The notes under the pieces: generated by a model
Database searches by the model: none
The model's input: only the letters and a program-made list of their open reading frames with translations
Told to the model about the DNA's origin: nothing
NCBI GenBank assembly: GCA_016209225.1
Contig: JACQWO010000069.1
Span: 4,172 to 68,171 of the forward strand
Length of the DNA: 64,000 nucleotides
Direction of reading: 5' to 3'
Source: Desulfobacterales bacterium
GTDB lineage: Bacteria > Desulfobacterota > UBA8473
Shown here: positions 1 through 9,724 of the stretch, in pieces
How the letters are laid out: each line of letters starts with the position of its first letter
Position numbering within the stretch: position 1 is the stretch's first letter
Program-made: the position numbers and the translations under genes

Positions 1-9
1 AGGTGCTTT

Positions 10-180
10 ATGAGGGCTAAAAAGTTTGATGCGGTTGAAACGAAACGCAGGCTACAAAAAGAAGCTGAACAAAAGTTGTCTACACTTTCGGAAAAGGAGC
101 AGGTGGAGTTTTTGGCTAAGAAATTTTGGCTCTTATACAATAAAGTTGCTAACGTATTCCTGGGCAGCCCGTTCCCATGA
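10..180 (+). CDS. Small hypothetical protein (56 aa), possibly the partner of an upstream PIN-type toxin; 3' end overlaps the convergent GT gene
   Basis: ATG at 10 gives MRAKKFDAVETKRRLQKEAEQKLSTLSEKEQVEFLAKKF...; it overlaps an upstream frame ending VLYEG* (TAA 18-20). Below the ORF-track length cutoff; family call is from memory only. Confidence 0.35.
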   Translation: MRAKKFDAVETKRRLQKEAEQKLSTLSEKEQVEFLAKKFWLLYNKVANVFLGSPFP

Positions 181-1827
181 GAAACTACGCCTGATATAGT
201 TTATCCCTTCTGTCAGCATCCTGTAATACAGTTCAGGGGTGTCTCTATAGACTTGAACACCATCTACAATGCTAAGCATAAGCTCGCGGGCCATTGATTG
301 AAACAGAGGGTATCTCTTGCGCTGTTCAACTCGGTCTAACCCTCTGCCTTTAATGTCATATTCGGCAGCGTTAATTCCTCTCCAATCATCAACAGCAGAT
401 TCTATGTTGTCTCTCTCTCGAAACAGGATTCCGGTGGGTGTGGCCAAAGCAGTGTGCCAGCGCTCGCTCCTAACCTGGACAGCTTGGGTGAAAGATGAGG
501 CAGATTGAAGGGGGGCGATTTGCTGGACAATCCCTCCAGTTGCTCGACCAATCCCCACAGTTCCATTCAAATAGAATTCGTTAGCCATTCCGAACGGCTC
601 ATATAGTGATGGCATGACCCCATAGGTAGCTCCCTGGAGAGTAGCGAAAAAGCCCTCTTGAAACAAAAAGGGAAGCACGAGGACACTTTCGGAAAATCTT
701 TCCGACATCTTTTTCAAGAAGTACAACCCCTCCAACCCCTCATCTCCGGGGATTGGAAAGAAGAAAAATCGTGCCTCTCCCCCTTTTTCCAAAAACTCTG
801 TAATCCCACTCGCTGCAACATCATAACCTTTCTGGCGAGGATCATCCCGCCCTGCCAAGACAAACCATGGAGAGTCATCTCTCTTAAACTTTTTAAGATC
901 CCCCCAGATAGGTTTGTCTCTTGAAGGGACAAACCTATCCAGTGCATGAAGGGCTTCTTTTCTTCTGATACTTTTCCATTCATGCGCCGGAGCGAAATTC
1001 CCTTGCATCATCTCAGCCAAGATGCCTTCATTAATCGCAAGGCTTGCAAAAAGACCGTTGTCAACCCCAAAAAGCCTTGGTTTCAGAATGTCTTTGAGAT
1101 GGGGCGCCATGACTTCAGCCTGGAGAGGATCTTCCGTTAGGTCCATGGCGAATTGGCTTGATACAGTGAAGACAGGCTGTTCGACAAGGGGCAGCGCCCG
1201 TTGCAGTACGGTTTCACCTGGGCAAGAGGCAGGATCAATTCCTACCTGTAAAAGGTCAGCATTTGTAACTCCGCTGTCATAGCTGTTGTGAAGTGTTAGA
1301 TACAGCTCTTGATTCTTGTCCTGTCTGGTCAGGGCTAAGGCTGTGGTTGCCGCTTCCCAATCCTGCATCATTACCTTCCAATGGTCTGTCTGGTCTGTGT
1401 TGTCAAGTATGCGGGCTATTGTTGCACCGAAAAATAGGGAGTCCCTGAGCAGATTCCTTGAAATCTCTCCCTGCGTTTCCCCTACGTCATACGGATGGCG
1501 TCTTCCTGCAAAGAACCGACTATCCACTGGTTTTAAGAAGTACCATGCCCACTGGTATCGATTATCGTTGTATCGATAGACCTCTACGGGGACATTTTTA
1601 TTGTCAAATGGGACATTGATGTTAGTCATGAGTTTGATTTTGTTATCGAGGGATAATGTCTTCTCGATTTTGTAATGGAATGGCGTGATGACAATCGTAT
1701 CCAGACCTGAGACTTTTTGAACATAGCCGGGTAAACGCCCCATTACTGCAGCAATCCCTCCGCAGGGAGCAAAGGGAGTCTCATATGTAACAAAGGCTAA
1801 TTTCACAGACATCTGCCCTACCCCCAT
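133..1827 (-). CDS. Divergent glycogen/starch synthase-like glycosyltransferase (GT5/GT-B); alternative start at 1812
   Basis: N-terminal AFVTYETPFAPCGGIAAV (cf. E..PF.KTGGLADV), QDWE, TLHN, GRDDPRQKGYD and MPSLYEPFG GT-B motifs. Confidence 0.75.
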   Translation of the reverse strand: MGVGQMSVKLAFVTYETPFAPCGGIAAVMGRLPGYVQKVSGLDTIVITPFHYKIEKTLSLDNKIKLMTNINVPFDNKNVPVEVYRYNDNRYQWAWYFLKPVDSRFFAGRRHPYDVGETQGEISRNLLRDSLFFGATIARILDNTDQTDHWKVMMQDWEAATTALALTRQDKNQELYLTLHNSYDSGVTNADLLQVGIDPASCPGETVLQRALPLVEQPVFTVSSQFAMDLTEDPLQAEVMAPHLKDILKPRLFGVDNGLFASLAINEGILAEMMQGNFAPAHEWKSIRRKEALHALDRFVPSRDKPIWGDLKKFKRDDSPWFVLAGRDDPRQKGYDVAASGITEFLEKGGEARFFFFPIPGDEGLEGLYFLKKMSERFSESVLVLPFLFQEGFFATLQGATYGVMPSLYEPFGMANEFYLNGTVGIGRATGGIVQQIAPLQSASSFTQAVQVRSERWHTALATPTGILFRERDNIESAVDDWRGINAAEYDIKGRGLDRVEQRKRYPLFQSMARELMLSIVDGVQVYRDTPELYYRMLTEGINYIRRSFSWERAAQEYVSNFIV

Positions 1828-1838
1828 AACCTGCCACT

Positions 1839-3101
1839 TCAGGCATTGTCGGCCTCCACAGCTTTCAGAAGCTTGACATATATGTCTGGAATACTATAGA
1901 GGACGCGGTTCCAGGATGGGATTTGAGTATCCTCGCGTTTTTCTTTTATCTCTTTCCATGTAGTCCACAGGAAGTCGTGAAAATGCAATGCCGTGAGCTC
2001 TTCTTCATGGCGATCAAAAATCAGGTCATTCACTTCTGCATCGTCGCTGTATTGTTTAATGAATTTGAGGGCATTCTGATAGTAGGTTTGCCTCACCATT
2101 TCTACGAACGCATCATCAAGAACAACCCCGTTAGAACGCATGTAGTTAAAATAAAATTTAGCGATATCTATTACCATGCGGTGTAGCCCTTTCGTCCTGT
2201 CGTCAGGCGAGAGGACCTGATGCTTGTGTTCGTAATTGGAAATGAGATCAATCTGGGCGATCTTTCGAGGGATAACCCTGTGGTACACCTCCGAGAGGGT
2301 ACTTACCTCGAGCCCCCAGTCGTAAGCGATATTTATCCCTTTCGCCAGACGCGCGGTGAAACTAAACTCACCGGCCAAGGGATAATTAAATGTCCGGTGG
2401 TAGGCGAAGAAAGATTCCAATGCGTGGTAACCCTGGTCGTGCATGATCTGTTTCATGATATCCACAAAGGGTATAACAAAGAGACGCGTGACTCGTCCTT
2501 TCATGGTTCGTTCTGTCGGAGAAATTCTGGGGTAATATCCTTTACAGAACTCAAAGTCGTTGTTAGGATTCGCCGTGGGTTCAATGAGTCTTCCCAAAAG
2601 GAGTCGGTTATATGTAAGAATATCACAGTCATGAAGGGCTATCACATCGCTGTCCTCTCGGGCAAAGAGATAACCCAGGGCAAGCCATACTGACTGTCCT
2701 TTCCCCTGGACCCCGGTAGGTATTTTTCTGTCACTGATATCACTGAGTATACCCTGAATAAGTGGACCATCGACCCATAGGATTTTGACATCCCTCTCAG
2801 GTGTGATAAGTTGTCCAAAGTATTCTTTTGCCTCCTTGAATTTGCTTTCCTCTGTTGTGCCCCCCAGAGCCACTACCACACTGTTGAGGTAGCGAACTTT
2901 CTGGATTTCATCCACTATTCTGTCCAGAACCTGGGGATTCAGCATCTCAGAATAAAGACACGGAAGAAGAAGGCTGATTCTGGTATGTCGGGAATACTCC
3001 TCAAGTTTCTGTTCAAGCCCCATGAGATATTCCTCACGGTCAAAGACCTCATAGAGCGCATGGAGGGTGGTGATTATTCCTTCCTGGTGAAAATCTGTCA
3101 T
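1839..3101 (-). CDS. gpgS: Glucosyl-3-phosphoglycerate synthase-like glycosyltransferase (long GpgS type)
   Basis: MTDFHQEGIITTLH N-terminus, GKGQSVW, HDCDI (DxD), FCKGYY, GRVTRL, YPLAGEF, DWGLEV, YEHKHQ. Confidence 0.7.
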   Translation of the reverse strand: MTDFHQEGIITTLHALYEVFDREEYLMGLEQKLEEYSRHTRISLLLPCLYSEMLNPQVLDRIVDEIQKVRYLNSVVVALGGTTEESKFKEAKEYFGQLITPERDVKILWVDGPLIQGILSDISDRKIPTGVQGKGQSVWLALGYLFAREDSDVIALHDCDILTYNRLLLGRLIEPTANPNNDFEFCKGYYPRISPTERTMKGRVTRLFVIPFVDIMKQIMHDQGYHALESFFAYHRTFNYPLAGEFSFTARLAKGINIAYDWGLEVSTLSEVYHRVIPRKIAQIDLISNYEHKHQVLSPDDRTKGLHRMVIDIAKFYFNYMRSNGVVLDDAFVEMVRQTYYQNALKFIKQYSDDAEVNDLIFDRHEEELTALHFHDFLWTTWKEIKEKREDTQIPSWNRVLYSIPDIYVKLLKAVEADNA

Positions 3102-3214
3102 GAAAATTTCCTCCTTTCTCGGTTGTAATTCACCAAGGTTTGGTAGAATATGCTTAGGTTCGGCAGCCTAGTTTTAGTTGGAGATACAAACCGTGATTGT
3201 TATCGAGGGAGTAA

Positions 3215-3249
3215 ACCCCGTTAGAAAGGACGGGGCTTTCTAACGGGGT
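3215..3249. repeat. REP-like hairpin ACCCCGTTAGAAAG-N7-CTTTCTAACGGGGT (possible terminator for the LapA-family gene)
   Basis: Perfect 14-bp inverted repeat, 3215-3228 / 3236-3249. Confidence 0.7.
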
Positions 3250-3270
3250 AAAAAGGTCATTCGGCTCTGC

Positions 3271-3468
3271 CTAGGATTTTTTGGATGTAAGGATCCTCAA
3301 GAACCAGCCCGTAATCAGACCAACTATAAAGGTACTAAACAACAGAACGATTCTTGACATTGATATTTGCCAGAATAGAAACCGTACTTCAATGACCTCG
3401 GTATTTTGAAGAAGAAAGATCACAAGGAGAGCAACCAAAACTAAAATGATTATGCTTTTGATTTTCAT
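3271..3468 (-). CDS. LapA-family (DUF1049) small membrane protein
   Basis: Two TM segments flanking IFLLQNTEVIEVRFLFW; AGGTGG RBS. Confidence 0.8.
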   Translation of the reverse strand: MKIKSIIILVLVALLVIFLLQNTEVIEVRFLFWQISMSRIVLLFSTFIVGLITGWFLRILTSKKS

Positions 3469-3709
3469 TTGCCACCACCTGATTTTTTATTCGGGCTCCC
3501 GAGTTTTACTTTGGAGATATTATACCAACTATTACATATAGTACCGTAAAATCGATCCCTACACAACAAAAATATTCATTTGCTGAACCAAGATGGCAAT
3601 CTCTTGTTATGCTGGAATGGTCTTTTTCTCTATGGATAACTTTTAGCGGCTGCCTCTGTATTCGGGATCCCGCCCTTGTGGATATACTAGGGGATATAGA
3701 TAGGTGGGT

Positions 3710-3747
3710 AAAAAAAAGGCATGGTCATACAAAGCCCCATGCCTTTT
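3710..3747 (-). terminator. Rho-independent terminator
   Basis: AAAAGGCATGG...CCATGCCTTTT stem followed by T8 on the minus strand, just after the 3767 stop. Confidence 0.8.
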
Positions 3748-3766
3748 AATTTTAATAGATTAGATA

Positions 3767-4123
3767 TTACTTGGAGATTGATTTGGCAGCCATAGTATCT
3801 TTGACATACATAGCTTTTACCTTATCGCCTACCTTAATATCAGCCAGAGCCTTCTTTTCCTTACCTACCTTTACCACAGTTTCAGGAGAGACATTGAGGG
3901 TAATCTCCTCAGGAGTCTTCCCAGCCTTTTTAATCGTAATGGTAGCGGCATCTACCTTTGTAACCTCACCCTTTACCACAACTACTTTCTCTTTTGGGGC
4001 TTTGGCTTCTTTCTTTGCCTCTGCTGGGGCTGTGGCGTCTTTCTTTGCCTCTGCTGCGAAACTGACACCAGCAAGAAATACCACGGTGATAATAAGTGCC
4101 AGAACATAAGATATTTTTCTCAT
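3767..4123 (-). CDS. Small secreted/periplasmic OB-fold-like protein (DUF5666/DUF1344-like)
   Basis: Signal peptide ending SFA-A, Ala/Lys/Glu-rich linker, VKGEVTKVD...LADIKVGDKVKAMY; AAAGGAGGTGA RBS. Confidence 0.75.
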   Translation of the reverse strand: MRKISYVLALIITVVFLAGVSFAAEAKKDATAPAEAKKEAKAPKEKVVVVKGEVTKVDAATITIKKAGKTPEEITLNVSPETVVKVGKEKKALADIKVGDKVKAMYVKDTMAAKSISK

Positions 4124-4175
4124 TCTTCTTCACCTCCTTTCTGATAATGTATTAGTGTTAAGTATAAATAAAAGA

Positions 4176-4192
4176 AGCAACTTTTATGCCTA
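4176..4192 (-). promoter_or_regulatory. Sigma54 -24/-12 promoter for the 3767..4123 gene
   Basis: Minus strand reads TAGGCATAAAAGTTGCT: GG-N10-GC with the TTGC box. Confidence 0.75.
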
Positions 4193-4209
4193 TTTATAAA
4201 TTCAAGGAA

Positions 4210-4222
4210 AATCAATGACTTA
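4210..4222 (+). promoter_or_regulatory. IHF binding site
   Basis: AATCAATGACTTA matches WATCAANNNNTTR exactly, between the sigma54 promoter and the UAS pair. Confidence 0.65.
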
Positions 4223-4243
4223 ACTCTTGAATACAATGTCCAC

Positions 4244-4283
4244 TTTCCTCATTTGGGAAACCTTCGTTTCCTATTTGGGGAAA
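4244..4283. promoter_or_regulatory. Tandem palindromic upstream activator sites for a sigma54 enhancer-binding protein
   Basis: TTTCCTCATTTGGGAAA (4244-4260) and TTTCCTATTTGGGGAAA (4267-4283), both TTTCC-N7-GGAAA. Confidence 0.6.
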
Positions 4284-5647
4284 TCCCCTTTTATCTCTAA
4301 TTTCTTAATTCTGTACCAAAGGGTTTTATAGCTTAAGCCCAAAAGCCTGGCTGCCTTAGTAATGACGAAATCAGATTTTTCCATAGCCTTAACGATCAAA
4401 TCCCTCTCCAGATCATCCAGAGATATCCCCTCTTCCGGGATGTCCAGTTCAACCTTTCCCATAGTGTAAGAACAGGGATGTATCGTTTTTGAAAAGTCTT
4501 TAACCTCTAAAATCTCCCCATCGGATAGGAGGACTGCCCTTTCTATAGCAGATTCCAGTTCTCTTACGTTGCCTGGCCAATTGTACTCCATCAATAAACG
4601 AAGGGCATCCTTAGAGATTCCTTTAATTTCTCTTTTTAGGGAATGATTGAATTTATGAATAAAGTACTCCACTAATGCCGGTATATCTGTAATCCTATCC
4701 CTTAAGGGAGGAAGGAATACGGAGACCACATCTAACCTGTAGTAGAGATCGGCTCTGAACCTCCGTTCTTCAATCTCCTTTTCCATGTCCTTATTAGTAG
4801 CCGTTATTATCCGTACATCCACCTTGATATTTTCTCTACCTCCTACTCTTCTTATCTCCTTTTCCTGAAGTGCCCTCAGTATCTTTGCCTGCATGCCTGG
4901 ACTCAGGTCCCCAATTTCATCTAGAAAAAGAGTGCCTTTGTGTGATACCTCAAAAAGACCTTCTTTTCTCCTGTATGCACCGGTAAAACTGCCCTTTTCA
5001 TAGCCAAAGAGTTCCGAGTCTAAAAGGGTTTCCGGAATAGACGCACAGTTTATAGCATGGAAAGGCCTTTCCTTTCTGGGACTGTTATAATGGATTGCCT
5101 TTGCTATCAACTCTTTCCCTGTGCCACTCTCACCAGTAATCAAGACCGTGGAATCGCTGGGCGCTACCTTCTGGATTAACCTGAATATCTCTTGCATCTT
5201 CTCATGCCTTCCAATGATATTGCCAAACCTGAACCTCTCTTCTAATTGCTGTTTAAATAAGAGGTTCTCCCTTACCAGCCTCACTTTCTCAAAACCCTTT
5301 TTGATACTGAATAGCAATTCATCCCGGCCTACCGGTTTAAAGAGATAGTCAAAAGCCCCTAGTTTCATTGCCTCTTCAGCAGAACTCACTGACCCGAAGG
5401 CAGTGATGATAATTACAGTTACGTAGGGGGCCTCCTTCAGGAGATTTTGCGTTAGATCTCCCCCATCCATATCGGGAAGTTTTAGATCGGTTAAAACCAG
5501 GCTACAAAGCTTTCCCCTGAATATTCTCAATGCATCTCTCCCAGTAGCAGCAGTTTCTACCTCGTATCCTTCTCCTTTTAAGATGAGCTTAAGGATTTCC
5601 AGTTGAGATTTATCATCTTCTATTACAAGGATCGTACCTTCATTCAT
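4271..5647 (-). CDS. Sigma54-dependent response regulator, NtrC/ZraR family (REC-AAA+-Fis HTH)
   Basis: IEDD...DLKLP receiver, GESGTGKE, ELFGYEKGSFTGA, LFLDEIG, WPGNVREL, AARLLGLS HTH. Confidence 0.95.
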   Translation of the reverse strand: MNEGTILVIEDDKSQLEILKLILKGEGYEVETAATGRDALRIFRGKLCSLVLTDLKLPDMDGGDLTQNLLKEAPYVTVIIITAFGSVSSAEEAMKLGAFDYLFKPVGRDELLFSIKKGFEKVRLVRENLLFKQQLEERFRFGNIIGRHEKMQEIFRLIQKVAPSDSTVLITGESGTGKELIAKAIHYNSPRKERPFHAINCASIPETLLDSELFGYEKGSFTGAYRRKEGLFEVSHKGTLFLDEIGDLSPGMQAKILRALQEKEIRRVGGRENIKVDVRIITATNKDMEKEIEERRFRADLYYRLDVVSVFLPPLRDRITDIPALVEYFIHKFNHSLKREIKGISKDALRLLMEYNWPGNVRELESAIERAVLLSDGEILEVKDFSKTIHPCSYTMGKVELDIPEEGISLDDLERDLIVKAMEKSDFVITKAARLLGLSYKTLWYRIKKLEIKGDFPK

Positions 5648-7053
5648 TACTGCCTCCTTAGTTTGACCTTTACTTTAGTCCCCTGATTAGGATGGCTTTT
5701 AATGCTAATTTCTCCTTTGTGTTCCTCGATGACCCGTTTGGTAATAGCCAGCCCCAATCCTATACCTATTTCTTTTGTGGTAAAATACGGCTCAAACACC
5801 TTCTCCATGTCTTCAGGCATTATACCCTCTCCGGTATCCTCAAACTCCACCTCTATAAAAAGGTCGGATTGAGATACCCTGATTGTTAGTTCTCCGCCTA
5901 AGGGCATTGCCTGAATGGCATTCACGATTATATTCATAAGGCAGGTCTCTATCTTATCCCTGTCCACCATGCAAAGAGATTTGAGTGGAAAGGAGTTTTT
6001 TACCATTATTCCCTGGGCATCGATCCTTTCTCTGGTAAGGGTTAGAACCTCTTCCAGTAAAAATACCAGATCGGTTTCCCTCAAATTCAGTTTAAGAGGT
6101 CTGCCATAATCCAGAAGATCCTCTATCATCCTGCTTATACGGGAGATTTCGCCTTTCATATTGGAAACCAGGTGATGAAATTCCTCATTTGGAGAGAGTT
6201 TATCTTTTATATGGTCTATACTTAAGCTGATAAAATTCAGAGGATTTCTTACTTCATGGGCAATCCCGGAGGCAAGTTGCCCAATAGCAGAAAACCTCTC
6301 GGCTTCCTTGAGTCTCTCTTCAAGTTCCCTTCTTTCCCGTAGCTGTTTCACCATCTTATTGAAGTTTTCTACCAAAAGACCAACTTCATCTCTCTGTCTT
6401 GTAGGGGGCAGCTCTTCAAGATTACCTTCAGTTATCCTTTGAGCAGCCTTAGCTACCTCTTGAATAGGTCTGGTATATCTCCAGAATAGGAGAAAGGACA
6501 ATACTATCCCAATGCCAAAGATCAGGGCAGTCACCAATATTCTTTGATAATACTTCTTCCTCAGGAGTTTATTGAAGTCTTCTAAATCCGTATTGATATG
6601 GATATAACCCCGGTGCTCTTCTCCTATGATTACCGGAATGATGACACCCCACTTTTTCTCACTACCGAAATTTTTATCGAGGCTTGCCTCCGTTATCATA
6701 CTATCAGACAAGGGACTGACCTTTGTGCCCAGTTTTTTGGGATCAGAGCTGGCGATCACTTCATCCGCGTTGCTGATAATAGAGACCTCCTTAATCCCCT
6801 TTCCCCGGAGTTTCTTTATGTAGCTACGAAGACGCACCTCAGAATCGTCTCCCTCCAGGGTTAGTTTTTCTACACTCATCCTGATGGCCTCAGAAATTCC
6901 TTCGGTATGGCTGCCCAACTTCAGCACCATATCTTTCTTCCCCTGGACATAAAGAACCGACAATGCCAAAATCGTAAGTAGGGATAAAAAGACAAAGATA
7001 AAAAGGAGCTTTGTCCTTAGATTCATATTAAAACTACCAAGAATTGCCCTCAT
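5647..7053 (-). CDS. HAMP-domain sensor histidine kinase
   Basis: Two TMs, HAMP, AHEVRNPL H-box, N-box NIIVNAIQA, DTGEG, GIGLGL; AAGGAGG RBS. Confidence 0.95.
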   Translation of the reverse strand: MRAILGSFNMNLRTKLLFIFVFLSLLTILALSVLYVQGKKDMVLKLGSHTEGISEAIRMSVEKLTLEGDDSEVRLRSYIKKLRGKGIKEVSIISNADEVIASSDPKKLGTKVSPLSDSMITEASLDKNFGSEKKWGVIIPVIIGEEHRGYIHINTDLEDFNKLLRKKYYQRILVTALIFGIGIVLSFLLFWRYTRPIQEVAKAAQRITEGNLEELPPTRQRDEVGLLVENFNKMVKQLRERRELEERLKEAERFSAIGQLASGIAHEVRNPLNFISLSIDHIKDKLSPNEEFHHLVSNMKGEISRISRMIEDLLDYGRPLKLNLRETDLVFLLEEVLTLTRERIDAQGIMVKNSFPLKSLCMVDRDKIETCLMNIIVNAIQAMPLGGELTIRVSQSDLFIEVEFEDTGEGIMPEDMEKVFEPYFTTKEIGIGLGLAITKRVIEEHKGEISIKSHPNQGTKVKVKLRRQ

Positions 7054-7070
7054 CAAATCCTCCTTATTAC

Positions 7071-7156
7071 GTTACCACTAAGGTTGTTTAGGCTGAAGGC
7101 TGTTAGGCTACAGTCTACAGTCTAACTGCCTACAGCCTATCCACCTGAGTAGTTAT
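7071..7156. mobile_element. Degenerate copy of the GTAACTACTCAG-ended miniature element with internal heptamer repeats
   Basis: Left GTTACCACTAAGG (3 mismatches), right CCTGAGTAGTTAT; interior TAGGCTG/TACAGTC/TACAGCC heptamers; no target duplication visible. Confidence 0.55.
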
Positions 7157-7334
7157 GATAACAGTATATCATAGTTAAAATGCTTTTGTTTACAAGATTT
7201 TTTAGGGCTTGATTTTTTTTATAATAAAGGTATTCTATAGAAGAATCCTGTGATAAAATATCATTTTTTTGCTATCTAAAGAAAGAGCAGTATAGTTGCT
7301 ATGTGAGCCGAGGGAAGAGAGAGTTGATGTAGAT

Positions 7335-9275
7335 ATGCCTGAGAACATGAAAGACAAAACGGGAAATGTCCTGCACGGTGTGAGCCTTCTTACGGACCAC
7401 GATGTTTATCTCTTTAAAGAAGGAAACCATTTTAAACTCTACGATAAACTCGGCTCTCATCCAATGACCATCGATGGAAGGAAGGGAGTCCTCTTTGCAG
7501 TATGGGCGCCAAATGCCGAGGCGGTGTCGGTCATCGGAGATTTTAATGGATGGAAGCCGGATGTGCATCCTTTGAAGGTAAGGGAGGATAAATCGGGCAT
7601 ATGGGAAGCTTTTGTCCCTGGCATTGAAAAGGGGACTCCTTACAAATATCACATTGCCTCCAGATACAATAACTACAAGGTTGACAAAGGTGACCCCCTT
7701 GCCTTTTATTGGGAAACCCCTCCCAGAACGGCTTCAGTTGCATGGGATCTGAATTATGAATGGGGAGATGACGAATGGATGAAAAACAGGCATAAATTCA
7801 ATGCCTCTGATGCCCCCTTTGCCATATACGAAGTACATCTTGGTTCGTGGAAAAGATGCCCTGAAGAAGGAAACAGGTTTCTCACCTATAGAGAAATAGC
7901 CCATTCTTTAACAGAATACGTAAAGGAGATAGGGTTTACCCACGTTGAATTATTACCGGTTATGGAGCACCCCTTCTATGGATCATGGGGGTATCAAACT
8001 GTAGGATATTTCGCACCAACAAGCCGATATGGAACTCCCCAGGATTTTATGTATCTGATAGACTATCTCCATAAAAATGGGATTGGAGTAATATTGGATT
8101 GGGTCCCTTCCCATTTTCCAACGGATGAACACGGGCTTGCCTATTTTGACGGAACCCACCTTTATGAACATGCAGACCGAAGAAAGGGACACCATCCCGA
8201 TTGGGATACATATATCTTTAATCTGGGAAGGAACGAGGTCAAGGAATTCCTCATCAGCAGTGCTCATTTCTGGCTGGACAAATACCATGTTGACGGTTTC
8301 AGGGTAGATGCTGTAGCGTCAATGCTGTACCTTGACTATGGAAGAAATGAAGGAGAGTGGATACCTAACGAGTATGGGGGAAATGAGAGTATCAGGGCTA
8401 TAACCTTCCTGAAGAGGTTCAACGAAGCGGTCTACAGGGATTTTCCCGATGTCCAGACAATAGCGGAAGAATCTACAGCATGGCCAATGGTTTCTCAACC
8501 CACGTATGTGGGAGGTCTTGGTTTTGGAATGAAATGGAATATGGGATGGATGCATGATACCCTGGATTATTTTTCCAAAGACCCCCTTTACCGGAAGTAC
8601 CATCACAATCAGCTCACCTTCAGTATATGGTACGCATTTTCGGAAAATTTTCTCCTTCCCCTCTCACATGATGAAGTTGTCCATGGAAAGGGAGCCCTTG
8701 TTGGAAAGATGCCTGGAAATGAAGAACAAAAGTCGGCAAACCTTCGGCTCTTGTTAGGATACATGTATGGCCATCCAGGAAAGAAACTGATCTTCATGGG
8801 AGGAGAGTTTGGTCAGTGGAGAGAGTGGAATCATGACGAGAGTTTAGAATGGCATGCCCTTCAATACCCCTCTCATCAGGGAATACAGAGGTGGGTTAAA
8901 GACCTGAACCTCTTTTACAGAAACGAACCTGCTATGTATGAACTGGATTTTACGATGGAGGGTTTTGAGTGGATAGATTTTCATGACTGGGAGCATGGCA
9001 TCATAAGCTTTATAAGAAACGGTAAAGAAACCGATAGCATAATCCTTGTTGCCTGCAATTTCACACCTGTTCCACGATATAACTATAGAGTGGGAGTCCC
9101 CCGGGGTAGCTTCTGGAAAGAGGTCCTTAATAGTGATTCAGAGGTATACGGCGGAAGTGGACATGGGAACCTCGGCGGTGTTGAAGCGACGCCAGTACCA
9201 GCCCATGGAAGAGATCATTCTATTTCCATAACCTTACCCCCTTTAGGGGTTCTGTTTTTTAAGAGTGAGACGTAA
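7335..9275 (+). CDS. glgB: 1,4-alpha-glucan branching enzyme (GH13)
   Basis: [59 protein letters not shown]; ATG 7335 preferred to TTG 7296. Confidence 0.97.
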   Translation: MPENMKDKTGNVLHGVSLLTDHDVYLFKEGNHFKLYDKLGSHPMTIDGRKGVLFAVWAPNAEAVSVIGDFNGWKPDVHPLKVREDKSGIWEAFVPGIEKGTPYKYHIASRYNNYKVDKGDPLAFYWETPPRTASVAWDLNYEWGDDEWMKNRHKFNASDAPFAIYEVHLGSWKRCPEEGNRFLTYREIAHSLTEYVKEIGFTHVELLPVMEHPFYGSWGYQTVGYFAPTSRYGTPQDFMYLIDYLHKNGIGVILDWVPSHFPTDEHGLAYFDGTHLYEHADRRKGHHPDWDTYIFNLGRNEVKEFLISSAHFWLDKYHVDGFRVDAVASMLYLDYGRNEGEWIPNEYGGNESIRAITFLKRFNEAVYRDFPDVQTIAEESTAWPMVSQPTYVGGLGFGMKWNMGWMHDTLDYFSKDPLYRKYHHNQLTFSIWYAFSENFLLPLSHDEVVHGKGALVGKMPGNEEQKSANLRLLLGYMYGHPGKKLIFMGGEFGQWREWNHDESLEWHALQYPSHQGIQRWVKDLNLFYRNEPAMYELDFTMEGFEWIDFHDWEHGIISFIRNGKETDSIILVACNFTPVPRYNYRVGVPRGSFWKEVLNSDSEVYGGSGHGNLGGVEATPVPAHGRDHSISITLPPLGVLFFKSET

Positions 9276-9279
9276 ATTT

Positions 9280-9591
9280 CGAGGACAGAATGTATGTAAG
9301 ACAGTAAAATGGATATTCCCATGTCCTGATAAAGAAAGGTATATAACAATAAGAACCGCTCAAAGGATATTTGACATGGCATGTAAACGAGCAGGGATAA
9401 AGAAGGGGGTGACTATCCACAGTCTTAGACATTCATTTGCAATACATCTTTTGGAAAATGGGATTGACCTGAGATACATTCAAGAGCTATTAGGGCATAA
9501 AAATTCCAAAACTACCGAAATATATACACATGTAAGCACAAAAGATTTTGCAAGGATAAAGAATCCGGTAGACCAGATATTAGATGGTTAG
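9280..9591 (+). pseudogene. C-terminal fragment of a tyrosine recombinase (XerC/D-like or integron-integrase-like); 5' boundary approximate
   Basis: KWIFP patch, [24 protein letters not shown] and IKNPVD end; N-terminal domain and first catalytic Arg absent. Confidence 0.85.
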
Positions 9592-9596
9592 CTATG

Positions 9597-9676
9597 GGAG
9601 GTATATCCGACATAGTCGTCTATACCTCCAAAACTAAACAAAAGGCGACATTGTCGTCTATGAACAAGTTATCGGC
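9597..9676 (+). other. attI-like structured recombination site
   Basis: Hairpin GGAGGTATA/TATACCTCC (9597-9605/9621-9629); 16-bp direct repeats CGACAT(A/T)GTCGTCTAT at 9608 and 9646; core GTTATCGGC at 9668-9676. Confidence 0.55.
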
Positions 9677-9724
9677 AATTCTTTGCGAGAAAAGCAAAAA
9701 CTTCTGTCTAAGGAATAATCCTGA

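Noticed and set aside
9265-9591. Intact functional integrase
   Set aside because: Only 108 aa, GTG start inside glgB, no N-terminal domain or first catalytic Arg; treated as a pseudogene.
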